64,000 nt of DNA from an uncultured delta proteobacterium (GCA_963776345.1 CAVZMH010000016.1:160001-224000), one strand, 5' to 3'; counted from the first letter of the stretch, positions 28,910-38,828 are shown. The notes: generated from the letters alone by a model not told the origin. A program made the numbers and translations.

Positions 28910-30063
28910 TCCCGCGCCTCCCCCAGGGCCACCACCTGCACGTCGAGGTCGCTCGCCTCGCGCACCAGGCGGAGGTCCACGGTGCGCCCGAGCAGCCGCC
29001 GCCAGCCGCCCTGGTGCGAGCGCCCGATCAGGAGCAGGCCCACGCTGTGGCTCCGGGCGAAGTCGAGCAGCGCCGTCACCGGGTCCTCTGCGCGGAGCCG
29101 GACCACCTCGGCGCCGAGGGCACGGGCGCGCTCGATATTTTCCAATAAGTGTCGCTGGGCCTCGGAGTCAATCCGGTCGGGCGCCTCGCTGGGCGTCTCC
29201 ACGTAGACCACGAACCAGTCGATGTTGAGCCGCCCGGCTACCCGCGATCCGCGGCGGAGGAGCTCGGCGGCCCGCGGCGGGTACGACGAAAGACAGACCA
29301 TGACGCGCCCCCCGGTGGACCGGGTCGGCGTCTCGGAGGAGGACTCGCGCCGGAACGTGTCTCGCTCCAGGGACTCGGCCACCTCCCGCAGGGCCAGCTC
29401 GCGGAGCGTGGCAAGATTCCCGCGCTGGAAGAAACGCTCCAGGGCCTGGGGCACCTTCTCGCTGGCGTAGATCTTCCCCGCCCTGAGCCGCTCCTCCAGG
29501 TCCTCCACAGCGAGGTCGAGGTTCACCACCTGATCCGCGGTCTTCAGCCAGGCGTCGGGGATGGTCTCCCGCACCCGAACTGCCGTGGCCCGGGCCACCA
29601 GGTCGTTGAGGGATTCCAGGTGCTGCACGTTGAACGCCCCGATGACGTTGATCCCCGCGGCGATGAGCTCCTCCACGTCCTGCCAGCGCTTCCGGTTCCG
29701 GCTGCCGGGAGCGTTGGTGTGGGCCAGCTCGTCCACCACCGCCACCTCCGGCTTGCGGGTCAGGATGCGGTCGAGGTCCATCTCCTCCACCTGGACGCCC
29801 CGGTACTCGTGGGTACGCCGCGGGACGATCTCCAGACCCTCCAGCAGCGCGGCGGTCTCCGCCCGACCATGCGTCTCGACGAATCCCACCACCACGTCGA
29901 CCCCGCGCTCGCGGAGTGCGTGGGCCTCCTCGAGCATCCGGTAGGTCTTCCCCACTCCGGCCGCGAAGCCAATGTAAAGCTTGAGCCGTCCCCGCTGTCC
30001 CTGACGCACCAGCGCCAGGAAGTCCTCCGCCCTGCGCTCTGGGCGGTCGGGGACAGAAGTCAT
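28906..30063 (-). CDS. kdpD: Truncated KdpD: KdpD N-terminal domain + USP domain, no TM or kinase domain
   Basis: GRLKLYIGFAAGVGKTYRML, VDELAHTNAPGSRNRKRWQDV, NVQHLESLND, LRELALRE; ends after the USP domain. Confidence 0.93.
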   Translation of the reverse strand: MTSVPDRPERRAEDFLALVRQGQRGRLKLYIGFAAGVGKTYRMLEEAHALRERGVDVVVGFVETHGRAETAALLEGLEIVPRRTHEYRGVQVEEMDLDRILTRKPEVAVVDELAHTNAPGSRNRKRWQDVEELIAAGINVIGAFNVQHLESLNDLVARATAVRVRETIPDAWLKTADQVVNLDLAVEDLEERLRAGKIYASEKVPQALERFFQRGNLATLRELALREVAESLERDTFRRESSSETPTRSTGGRVMVCLSSYPPRAAELLRRGSRVAGRLNIDWFVVYVETPSEAPDRIDSEAQRHLLENIERARALGAEVVRLRAEDPVTALLDFARSHSVGLLLIGRSHQGGWRRLLGRTVDLRLVREASDLDVQVVALGEARE

Positions 30064-30677
30064 GGCCCTCGGGTGGCCGCCGTTCCGCTGCGGTCGAGGG
30101 CGCCGAACTGACGATCCAGCGCCAGGTTCAAGCTCAGCACGTTCACCCGCGGCTCACCGAGGACCAGAAGGTCCCGCCGCTCGACCTGCGATTCGACCAG
30201 AGCTCGCACCCGGTCCTCAGCCACGTGTCGTGCCTTCGCCACCCGGGGAACCTGCCACAGCGCCCCGGCCGGGGACAGATGGGGGTCCAGACCACTGCTC
30301 GAGGCGGTGACCAGCTCCACCGGCGCCGGGCCCCGAGCGTCCGGGTTCTCGGCCTGGAGCTTCTGCAGCGCCTCCGTCGCCCCGTCGCGCAGCTTCTTGC
30401 TGGTGGCGCCAAGGTTCGAGCCCCCTGAGCTGGTGGGATCCCAGCCGTCCTTCCCCGCCGCCGAGGGGCGGGGATGAAAGTAGCCCGGCGCGCTGAAGCC
30501 CTGCCCCAGCAGCTCCGAGCCGACCACCCGGCCGCCTTCGTCCTTCACCAGGCTCCCGTTCGCCCGCCAGGGGAAGAGAGCCTGGGCGAGCCCGGTGGCG
30601 ACCACCGGGTAGACGAGCCCGGTGAGAACCAGGGTGACTGCAGTGACGCGAAGAGCGACCACGAGTTCCTTGCGCAT
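30060..30677 (-). CDS. kdpC: K+-transporting ATPase subunit C
   Basis: ANGSL, YFHPRPSA, SGGSNLG, TASSSGLDPHLS, GEPRVNVLSLNLALD. Confidence 0.98.
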   Translation of the reverse strand: MRKELVVALRVTAVTLVLTGLVYPVVATGLAQALFPWRANGSLVKDEGGRVVGSELLGQGFSAPGYFHPRPSAAGKDGWDPTSSGGSNLGATSKKLRDGATEALQKLQAENPDARGPAPVELVTASSSGLDPHLSPAGALWQVPRVAKARHVAEDRVRALVESQVERRDLLVLGEPRVNVLSLNLALDRQFGALDRSGTAATRGP

Positions 30678-30687
30678 GACGGCTGCC

Positions 30688-32733
30688 TCAGACCAGACCG
30701 AACGCGGCGACCACCAGGTCGACCAGCTTGATGCCGACGAAGGGGACGATGATTCCTCCGGCCCCGTAGATGAGCAGGCTCCGCTTGAGCAGCGCCGCCG
30801 CCCCCACCGGGCGGTAGCGCACTCCGCGGAGGGCGAGCGGGATGAGCGCGATGATGATCAGTGCGTTGAAGATGACCGCGGAGAGCACCGCCGAGTAGGG
30901 CGACGCCAGCCGCATCACGTTCAAGGGCGCGATCTCCGGATACACCCCCACGAACAGGGCGGGGAGGATGGCGAAGTACTTGGCCACGTCGTTGGCGATG
31001 CTGAAGGTGGTGAGCGTCCCCCGGGTCATCAGCAGCTGCTTTCCGACCTCCACCACCTCCAGGAGCTTGGTGGGGTTGGAGTCGAGGTCCACCATGTTCC
31101 CCGCCTCCTTCGCCGCCTGGGTGCCGGTGTTCATCGCCACCCCCACGTCGGCCTGGGCCAGCGCCGGGGCGTCGTTGGTGCCGTCGCCGGTCATGGCCAC
31201 CAGCTTGCCCTTGGCCTGCTCCTCCCGGATGAGGCGCATCTTGGCCTCGGGAGTGGCCTCGGCCAGGAAGTCGTCCACTCCCGCCTCCTTGGCGATGGCT
31301 GCGGCGGTCCGGGGATTGTCTCCGGTGATCATCACCGTGCGGATTCCCATCGCCCGGAAGCGGTCGAAGCGCTCCTTGATCCCGCCCTTCACCACGTCCT
31401 TGAGGTGGAGGATCCCCAGCACCCGCGCGCCCTCGGACACGGCGAGCGGCGTGCCGCCGGAGTCCCCGATGCGGGCTGCAATCTGGAGGGCCTCATCGGG
31501 AACCTTGCCCCCCAGCGACTCGACGTGCCGAGCCACGGCGTCGACCGCACCCTTGCGGATCACCCGGCTGCCGAGATCCACCCCGCTCATGCGGGTCTGG
31601 GCGCTGAAGGCCACGAAGTGCGCCTCCTGGTGGCCCACCTCGCGCCCCCGGAGGCGGTAGCGCTCCTTGGCCAGGACCACGATGCTCCGGCCCTCGGGGG
31701 TCTCGTCGGCCAGGCTGGAGAGCTGGGCCGCGTCGGCCAGGTCCTCGATCCGTACCCCGGCCAGGGGGAGGAACTCGGTGGCCATCCGGTTGCCGAGGGT
31801 GATGGTCCCGGTCTTGTCCAGAAGGAGCGTGTCCACGTCGCCGGCGGCCTCGACCGCACGGCCGCTGAGGGCGATGACGTTCTTCCGGAGCAGCCGATCC
31901 ATGCCGGCGATTCCGATCGCGGAGAGCAGCCCACCGATGGTGGTGGGGATGAGGCAGACCAGCAGCGCCACCACCGCGGTCGTCGAGAGGTGGACCCCGC
32001 TGTAGACCGCCATTGGCACCAGGCTCACGCAGGCGAAGAGGAACACCGCGGTCAGCCCCACCAGGAGGATGTGGAGGGCGATCTCGTTGGGCGTCCGTTG
32101 CCGGGCGGCGCCCTCGACCAGGGCGATCATCCGGTCGAGGAAGGACTCGCCGGGGTTGGCGGTGATCCGGACCACGATCCGGTCGGAGAGCACCCGCGTG
32201 CCCCCAGTCACCGCGCTCCGGTCGCCCCCGCTCTCGCGGATGACCGGGGCCGACTCGCCAGTGATCGCGCTCTCGTCCACCGAGGCGATGCCCTCGATCA
32301 CCTCGCCGTCGCCGGGGATGTACTGCCCGGCCTCGACCACCACCGTATCTCCCTTGCGCAGGGAGGAGGCGGCGACCTTCTCCTCGCGCCCGTTCACCAG
32401 CTTCCGGGCCTCGACCTCCTTGCGCATCTTGCGGAGCGAGGCGGCCTGGGCCTTGCCCCGTCCCTCGGCGACCGCCTCGGCGAAGTTGGCGAAGAGGACC
32501 GTGAACCAGAGCCAGAGCGACACCAGTCCGGTGAACCACAGCGGCGCGGAGGGGTGCGCGAAGCCGATGTCCCGGATGAACTGGATCGTGGTGAGCACCG
32601 CGCCCACCTCGACCACGAACATCACCGGGTTCCGGATCACCTCGCGCGGAGACAGCTTGCGGAAGCTCTCCCAGATCGCCGGACGGACGATGGAGGGATC
32701 GAAGAGCGACAGCTCTCGGGTCGTGGCAGCCAT
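30688..32733 (-). CDS. kdpB: K+-transporting ATPase subunit B
   Basis: [53 protein letters not shown]. Confidence 0.99.
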   Translation of the reverse strand: MAATTRELSLFDPSIVRPAIWESFRKLSPREVIRNPVMFVVEVGAVLTTIQFIRDIGFAHPSAPLWFTGLVSLWLWFTVLFANFAEAVAEGRGKAQAASLRKMRKEVEARKLVNGREEKVAASSLRKGDTVVVEAGQYIPGDGEVIEGIASVDESAITGESAPVIRESGGDRSAVTGGTRVLSDRIVVRITANPGESFLDRMIALVEGAARQRTPNEIALHILLVGLTAVFLFACVSLVPMAVYSGVHLSTTAVVALLVCLIPTTIGGLLSAIGIAGMDRLLRKNVIALSGRAVEAAGDVDTLLLDKTGTITLGNRMATEFLPLAGVRIEDLADAAQLSSLADETPEGRSIVVLAKERYRLRGREVGHQEAHFVAFSAQTRMSGVDLGSRVIRKGAVDAVARHVESLGGKVPDEALQIAARIGDSGGTPLAVSEGARVLGILHLKDVVKGGIKERFDRFRAMGIRTVMITGDNPRTAAAIAKEAGVDDFLAEATPEAKMRLIREEQAKGKLVAMTGDGTNDAPALAQADVGVAMNTGTQAAKEAGNMVDLDSNPTKLLEVVEVGKQLLMTRGTLTTFSIANDVAKYFAILPALFVGVYPEIAPLNVMRLASPYSAVLSAVIFNALIIIALIPLALRGVRYRPVGAAALLKRSLLIYGAGGIIVPFVGIKLVDLVVAAFGLV

Positions 32734-32737
32734 GACG

Positions 32738-34458
32738 CTAGTAGACCTTTCCGGCCAGGCCGGCGAAGTGCTCGACGATGGGGCCCAGCGACAGCGCGGG
32801 GAAGAAGGTCAGCGCGCCGACGATGAGGACCACCGAGACGAGGAGGAAGGTGAACAGCGGCCCATTGGTGGGGAACGTGCCCGGGCCCGGGGGACACGAC
32901 CTTCTTCCCCACCATCGCCCCGGCGATGCCCAGCGCGGGGATGATCATCAGGAACCGGCCGCCGAGCATCGTCAGGCCGAGCGTGGTGTTGTACCAGGGG
33001 GTATTGGCGTTCAGGCCGGCGAAGGCCGATCCGTTGTTCCCCGCGCCGCTGCTGAAGGCGTAGAGCATCTCGCTCAGCCCGTGCGGCCCGGCGTTGTTCA
33101 GGGACGACGTCCCCCACTGCGTGACCGAGGCCCAGGCGGTGAAGCCGAGGATGATCAACGGGAAGATGAGCACGTAGAGCATCGCCAGCTTCATCTCGCG
33201 GCTCTCGATCTTCTTGCCCAGGTACTCGGGCGTGCGGCCCACCATCAGGCCGGCGATGAACACCGAGAGCACGACGAACACCAGCATCCCGTAGAGGCCG
33301 GCGCCCACCCCGCCGAAGATGACCTCTCCGAGCTGGATGTTCACCAGAGGGACCAGCCCGCCGAGCGGATTGAAGCTGTCGTGCATCGAGTTCACCGCGC
33401 CGCAGGAGGCATCGGTCGTCACGGTGGCGAAGAGCGCGGAGGCGGCGGTGCCGAAGCGCACCTCCTTGCCCTCCATGTTCCCGCACCATGGTCGAGCGCC
33501 AGCGAGGCCAGCCCTGGTTCGGCTTCGCCTCCGCCCAGTGTGCGACGAGCGTTCCACCGAGGAACATGACGCCCATCGCCGCGAGGATCGCCCACCCCTG
33601 CCGGGTGTCCCGCGCCATCCGCCCGTAGGTGTAGGTCAGCCCCGCGGGGATGGCGAAGATGAGCCAGATCTCGACAAGGTTGGTGAAGGGGCTCGGGTTC
33701 TCGAAGGGGTGGGCGCTGTTGGCGTTGAAGAAGCCGCCGCCGTTGGTGCCCAGCTCCTTGATCGCTTCCTGCGAGGCCACCGGGCCGAGCGCCACCACCT
33801 GCTTGGCACCCTCGACGGTGGTGACCTCCTGGTAGGCGGAGAAGTTCTGGATCACGCCCTGGCTCACCAGGACCAGGGCGAAGATCAAGCTCAGCGGCAG
33901 AAGCACGTAGACCGTGCAGCGGATCAGGTCCGCCCAGAAGTTGCCCAGGGTCCGCGGCGCGCCGGGCGCCAGGCGACGGGTGAGCCCACGGGCCAGCGCG
34001 ATGGCGATCGCGATCCCCGCCGCAGCGGAGGTGAAGTTGTGCCAGGCCAGTCCCGCCATCTGGGACAGGTAGCTCATCGTCGACTCGCCGGTGTACGCCT
34101 GCCAGTTGGTGTTGGTGGTGAAGCTGGCGGCGGTGTTGAAGGAAAGCGCCGGATCCACCGCCCCGAACTTCTGCGGGTTGAGGGGCAGCAGGTGCTGCAG
34201 GCGGAGAATGGCGTAGGTGACCAGGACGCCGAAGAGGCTGAAGATCATCACCGACCCGGCGTAGCGGACCCAGGTCTGCTCTTCCTTCGGGTCCACTCCC
34301 GAGAGGCGGAAGAGGAATCGCTCCACCGGACCGAAGACGCGCGGCAACGGCCGGCGGTCGCCCTCGAACACCCGGGCCATGTAGATCCCGAGCGGCTTGG
34401 TGGTGAGAAGGACCAGTCCGGAAAACAGGGCCAGCTGGCCCCAGGCTGCAATGGTCAC
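32738..34458 (-). CDS. kdpA: K+-transporting ATPase subunit A; at least two frameshifts (about 33480-33520 and about 32885)
   Basis: [63 protein letters not shown] and [17 protein letters not shown] spread over three frames; TAG at 32738-32740. Confidence 0.95.
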
Positions 34459-34468
34459 GGGAATGCCC

Positions 34469-34558
34469 TCAGAAACGTTCTGCGCGCACCAGCGCGTAGA
34501 CGAGATAGACGGTCAGCAGCACCGCCACGATGCTGCCCAGGAGGTCGTCGAGGTTCAT
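34469..34558 (-). CDS. kdpF: K+-transporting ATPase subunit F (29 aa)
   Basis: [29 protein letters not shown]; YLxYALxxxExF motif directly before kdpA. Confidence 0.93.
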   Translation of the reverse strand: MNLDDLLGSIVAVLLTVYLVYALVRAERF

Positions 34559-34656
34559 TGCTGACGGTTCTCCATGAGATTTTCGCAGCCCTGGATGTAC
34601 GCCAGGGTCGCGACGAAGAAGACGACGGTCACTGCGACGAAGATGAGATCGAGCAT
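34555..34656 (-). CDS. 33-aa single-TM peptide upstream of kdpF
   Basis: [40 protein letters not shown]; stop overlaps the kdpF start (ATGA). Confidence 0.8.
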   Translation of the reverse strand: MLDLIFVAVTVVFFVATLAYIQGCENLMENRQQ

Positions 34657-34668
34657 CGATCGGTTCTC

Positions 34669-35757
34669 CTAGAACGCGGCCACCGCACCAAGAACGATGA
34701 GGCCCTGGCTCTGGACCTTGCCCAGGCTCCCGTCCGGGAGGACGGTGGAGTTGCTGAAGACCGAGGCGGTGGAGTGATCGTAACGGCCCTCGAGCTTGAG
34801 GATCAGGATCTCCCAGGGCCGGTACTCGACGGTGAGCGTCCCCTCGGCCAGGGTCTGAGGCGTACCGCTGATCAGGCCCTGCGCGTCCCGGTAGTACTCG
34901 ACGCGGAGAGCGGCGGCCCACTTCGGGGAGAGCTGCTGGCGAAGGTAGAGCCCTGCACCGTGCCAGTAGGCAGCATCCGTGGCCGGCCGCTGCTGCATGC
35001 CGGCATCCAGGCTCAGGCCGAGCTTGGTCGACGCGGTCACGTCGAGCAGCCAGACGAGATTGCCGTAGTAGCGCCAGTCACCGTTGTCGTTGTCCAGCTC
35101 GGGACCGATGAAGGTGTTGAAGGTCAAGGTGCTCGGGCCGGCCTTCCAGGCGACCTGGGTTCCGATGGCCTTCCCGTTGTTGTTGTCGCCGATGCGCTGC
35201 CAGCCGTTGAGGAGATGCAGCTGCACCGACCAGGCGTCGTCGAACGCGTACGAGAACTTGATGCCCGTCTGGTAGTACGGCGAGAACTCACCGAGCCAGG
35301 AGCGGGTGTAGTTCCAGTTGCCCTGGCTCGCGAGGCCCTCCATCCCGATGTGGCTGGGATAGATGCCGCCTTCGATCACCAGCCCGCGGCCCACCGGGAC
35401 CTTCGCCGACACCGAGGCCTGCTGCACGTACTGCCAGACGTCGGGACCGGCCGCGGGGCCCACGAGCTCGCCGGAGTGCACCACGTTCGCGCCCGTGCCG
35501 GCCGCGATCCAGAGGTGGAAGCCGACGGGCTCGGGGTCCTTCACCAGCTCGATGGAGGCGAGGTTGAGGGACGCCTCGTCGGCGCGCTTGGCCGTGGTGC
35601 CCGTGCCGGGGATGAAGTTGGCGTGGTCCGCGGGCGCGTTGAAGTTGGCGTCGGCGTAGACGTCGACCGCGCCGTGGATCTGAATCCCCCCCGGGAGGTC
35701 TGCCCCGATGGCGGGCAGCGCGGTGACGAAGAGCATGGTGAAGAGGACGGCTCGCAT
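34669..35757 (-). CDS. Outer-membrane beta-barrel porin (BBP2/DUF1597-like), first gene of the kdp operon
   Basis: Signal peptide; GIYPSHIGME....NWNYTRS....FSPYYQTG, NGWQ, LR.EYY.D..G, E.RYD.S; terminal Phe. Confidence 0.85.
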   Translation of the reverse strand: MRAVLFTMLFVTALPAIGADLPGGIQIHGAVDVYADANFNAPADHANFIPGTGTTAKRADEASLNLASIELVKDPEPVGFHLWIAAGTGANVVHSGELVGPAAGPDVWQYVQQASVSAKVPVGRGLVIEGGIYPSHIGMEGLASQGNWNYTRSWLGEFSPYYQTGIKFSYAFDDAWSVQLHLLNGWQRIGDNNNGKAIGTQVAWKAGPSTLTFNTFIGPELDNDNGDWRYYGNLVWLLDVTASTKLGLSLDAGMQQRPATDAAYWHGAGLYLRQQLSPKWAAALRVEYYRDAQGLISGTPQTLAEGTLTVEYRPWEILILKLEGRYDHSTASVFSNSTVLPDGSLGKVQSQGLIVLGAVAAF

Positions 35758-35775
35758 GATGGCTGCCCCGGATGA

Positions 35776-35790
35776 GCAGGAACCGGGCCA
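35776..35790 (-). promoter_or_regulatory. Candidate sigma54 promoter for the porin-kdp operon
   Basis: TGGCCCGGTTCCTGC (GG-N10-GC); caveat: would leave only about 7 nt of leader before ATG 35757. Confidence 0.5.
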
Positions 35791-35919
35791 GCCGCTCTCC
35801 CCGGCCGGGACACCGGCATCCGGCGGCGCGGGCCTGCATTCCGCAAGACTGGCGAACGGCCACCGTGCAGGTTGCACGTTCTTCCCCCGTGCACCGTGCC
35901 GGTCATGCCAGGACGGGGC

Positions 35920-35934
35920 TGGCACGCATCCTGC
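35920..35934 (+). promoter_or_regulatory. Candidate sigma54 promoter for the divergent small gene
   Basis: TGGCACGCATCCTGC, close to the consensus TGGCACG-N4-TTGC. Confidence 0.65.
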
Positions 35935-36016
35935 CCTTGGCGATTGATCGATGCGCAGCGGCCCCGGCAGCTCTTCCGTCTTCACTGAACACCGACGGCA
36001 GGAATCCTTGCCGTGG

Positions 36017-36289
36017 GTGACCCGGCTTCTCCTGATCGTGGCCTTGGCGCTCGCGGTGGCGGTGTGGGGCTGGCTACGGAACGCGGACTCGCGCGCGCTG
36101 GCGAGCATGGACCCGGATCTCCGGCGCGAGCTCTACGTCCGGAGCCGGGCCGAGGCGGATGTGCTCTGCGCCCGGCCCGAGCTGGCGGACGAGTGCCGCA
36201 CCCGGGTCGAGTTCCTCGCGCGCTTCCCCGAGTGCGATGCGAGCTGCCGCGAGCTGGTGGCGCGTCAGCTCCGACAGCCGACGCGCTGA
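36017..36289 (+). CDS. Small membrane-anchored four-Cys protein
   Basis: TM segment followed by C-x8-C ... FPECDASC; start GTG 36017 (ORF open from 35951). Confidence 0.7.
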   Translation: MTRLLLIVALALAVAVWGWLRNADSRALASMDPDLRRELYVRSRAEADVLCARPELADECRTRVEFLARFPECDASCRELVARQLRQPTR

Positions 36290-36302
36290 CGCGGACCGCC
36301 CG

Positions 36303-37433
36303 TCATCCCTTGCGCGTCAGCACAAGCCCCACACCATCGCGACTTCGGTCCGGGCGCGGACCAACGTACCGCGACTCGGGACGGATGAGCCGCCCCGTCC
36401 GGCGCTGCTCGTCCACGTGGGCGAGCCAGCCGACCACCCGTCCGCAGGTGAACAGCGGGCTGAAGGCCTCGCGTGGAAGCCCGAGCGCGTCGAGCAGGAC
36501 CGCGGTGTAGAACTCCACGTTCGCCCGCAGCGGGCGGTCCGGATGCCTCCGCCGGAGCACCTCCTCGGCGGCGTGCTCCACCGCCCGGGCGAGCTCCAGC
36601 CGCGGGGTCCGGTGGCCGTCGCTCTCCAGGCGCTCCACGGCCTTCTCCAGCACCGCCGCCCGCGGATCCCGCGTCCGGTAGATGCGATGCCCCATCCCCA
36701 TGATCCGGCGCCCGGCGAGGAGCTCCCGCTCCAGCCAGCCGGCGGCGGCCTCGGGCCGTCCGATGGCGTCGAGCATGTCCAGCACCGGGCCGGGCGCCCC
36801 CCCATGGAGCGGCCCCTTCAGCGCACCGAGCGCGCCCACCACCGCCGAGACCGCGTCCGAGCCCGTGGAGGCGATGACCCGGGCGGTGAAGGTCGAGGCG
36901 TTCATCCCGTGGTCGCTGACCGTGACCAGGTACGCCTCGAGTCCCGCCGCCCGCGGGGCCGTCGCCTTGCCGCGGAGCATCGCCACCAGATCCTCGGCGT
37001 GGCCCGCCTCGGCCTCGGGACGGAGCGGGGCCAGGCCCTCGCGCAGCCGCCACCAGGCGGAGGTGAAGACGGCGGTCGCGGCCGTGAGGCGGACGCCGAG
37101 GTCCCACGCTCCGCCCTCGGCGGGCAGCTGCGCCAGCGCGCCCCGGAGCGCGTCCATCCCGTCCCGGGCGTGGAGCGCACGTCCCAGCCCCTCCAGCTGC
37201 TCGAAGGCCCACATCCGCTCCCGCCCCAGCGCGCGCTGCAGCTCCGAGGCCGAGGTTGCTCCGGGGACGACGGCCCAGAGGTCCACGCACAGCTGCTCGA
37301 AGGAGCAGCGCCCGGCGATGGCCTCGACGTCGTGGCCGGCGATGACCAGCCGCCCACGCTCCCCGTCCACCTCGGAGAGCGCGGTGTCGGCGACCACCAC
37401 CCCCTCCAGCCCAGACGTCCCCGACTCCGCCAT
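36303..37433 (-). CDS. Citrate synthase family enzyme (CitA-like, NVEFY type)
   Basis: GLEGVV...S.VDG..G.L, DHGMNASTF, LKGPLHGGA, MGMGHRIY...DPRA, NVEFY. Confidence 0.93.
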   Translation of the reverse strand: MAESGTSGLEGVVVADTALSEVDGERGRLVIAGHDVEAIAGRCSFEQLCVDLWAVVPGATSASELQRALGRERMWAFEQLEGLGRALHARDGMDALRGALAQLPAEGGAWDLGVRLTAATAVFTSAWWRLREGLAPLRPEAEAGHAEDLVAMLRGKATAPRAAGLEAYLVTVSDHGMNASTFTARVIASTGSDAVSAVVGALGALKGPLHGGAPGPVLDMLDAIGRPEAAAGWLERELLAGRRIMGMGHRIYRTRDPRAAVLEKAVERLESDGHRTPRLELARAVEHAAEEVLRRRHPDRPLRANVEFYTAVLLDALGLPREAFSPLFTCGRVVGWLAHVDEQRRTGRLIRPESRYVGPRPDRSRDGVGLVLTRKG

Positions 37434-37472
37434 GTGCACCTCCGGTCGAACCTGTCCTAGCGTGGGGCTCAC

Positions 37473-38828
37473 ATGGATCCATCTGGATTCGACAATCCAC
37501 ATGAGGGTCTGGTGGATGCCGGCGCGGCCGCCCGGATCCTCGGGGTGAAGGTGGCCACGCTCTACTCGTACGTCAGCCGGGGCTGGGTCCGGGCGTTCCC
37601 CTCCGGACGGCATCGCGAGAAGCGCTACCACCGCCCCGACCTCGATCGGCTCCGGCACCGGGCCGACGCCCGCCTCGGTCACGAGGCGGTGGCGGCCGGC
37701 GCCCTCCGCTGGGGCGAGCCGGTGCTCAGCTCGGCGCTGACCGAGATCCGCTCGGACGGCCCGTGGTACCGGGGGCATCCCGCGGTGGAGCTCGCCCGGA
37801 CGGTACGATTCGAGGCGGTGGCCGAGCTCCTCTGGACGGGCGTGCTGCCCGTGGCGCCGCCCGGCTGGCCGCGCCCGCAGGTCCTCCCGGGGCGCCTCCA
37901 CGCTGCACCGGCGAACCCCATCGACGCGCTCCTGGTCGGGCTCTCGGTCGCGCGTCTCGCGCGGCGCCGGACGGCCGAGAGGGCCGCCGCTGCAGTCGCG
38001 ACCCGCTCGACGCGCCTGCCGCCCCGGAGGCGGAAGGTCGGGAGCGCCGGACCGCGCGGGTGGCCGCCGCCCGGCGAGGGCGCCGGGGCCGGAGTCCGGG
38101 CCAGCGAACCCGGCGCGGCCGAGCTGGTCTGGACGCTGGTGGGCCTGGTCGCCGCAGCCTCGGGCAGACGCCCCGCCGACGCCCTCGCCGCCCCCGACCT
38201 CGCCTCCGGCGTGCAGCGCGCCCTCGGGGCGCGGACGCGCGGGGTGGCCCTGATCGAGCCGACGCTCGTCCTCTGCGCCGACCACGAGCTCAACGCCTCC
38301 TCGTTCGCCGCCCGGGTCGCCGCGTCCACCGGCGCCGACCTCGAGGCCTGCATCCTCGCCGCCCTGGCCACCTTCAGCGGGCCGCGCCACGGCGCGGAGA
38401 GCATGCGGGTCCAGGCGCTGGTGGAGGAGGCGGCGCGCCCGGACCGCGCCAGGGCCGCCCTGCTCGCCCGGGTCCGCCGTGGAGAGGCGCTGCCCGGCTT
38501 CGGCCACCGGCTCTATGTCTCGGGCGATCCCCGAGGCGCCCTCCTGGTCTCGCTCGCCTCCGGCGAGGCCCGCCGCTCGCGCCCGCTCGCCACGCTGCTG
38601 GCGCTGGTGGCCGAGGCGGCGCGGCTCGACCTCGGCGCCCCCAATGTGGACGTGGGGCTCCTGGCCATCGCGCACGCCTTGCGCCTTCCGCCGTGGTCGG
38701 GGCAGCTGCTGTTCTGCATCGGGCGGAGCGCGGGATGGATCGCCCATGTCGCCGAGCAGCGGAGCTCGGGCGAGCTCCTCCGTCCCCGGGCGCGCTACGT
38801 CGGGCCGCGCGCGCCCGGAGCGCGGTGA
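37473..38828 (+). CDS. HTH-citrate synthase fusion; probable regulator
   Basis: N-terminal AARILGVKVATLYSYVSRG HTH; then DHELNASSF, GPRHG, GFGHRLY...DPR, NVD. Confidence 0.88.
   Translation: MDPSGFDNPHEGLVDAGAAARILGVKVATLYSYVSRGWVRAFPSGRHREKRYHRPDLDRLRHRADARLGHEAVAAGALRWGEPVLSSALTEIRSDGPWYRGHPAVELARTVRFEAVAELLWTGVLPVAPPGWPRPQVLPGRLHAAPANPIDALLVGLSVARLARRRTAERAAAAVATRSTRLPPRRRKVGSAGPRGWPPPGEGAGAGVRASEPGAAELVWTLVGLVAAASGRRPADALAAPDLASGVQRALGARTRGVALIEPTLVLCADHELNASSFAARVAASTGADLEACILAALATFSGPRHGAESMRVQALVEEAARPDRARAALLARVRRGEALPGFGHRLYVSGDPRGALLVSLASGEARRSRPLATLLALVAEAARLDLGAPNVDVGLLAIAHALRLPPWSGQLLFCIGRSAGWIAHVAEQRSSGELLRPRARYVGPRAPGAR

Noticed and set aside
32738..34458. kdpA as a pseudogene or programmed frameshift
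   Set aside because: All motifs are intact across frames, the rest of the operon is intact, there is no slippery heptamer, and similar indels occur throughout the window.
35758..35950. c-di-AMP (ydaO) riboswitch upstream of kdp
   Set aside because: I could not identify the conserved ydaO motifs; the region is better explained by sigma54 elements. An Rfam scan would settle it.
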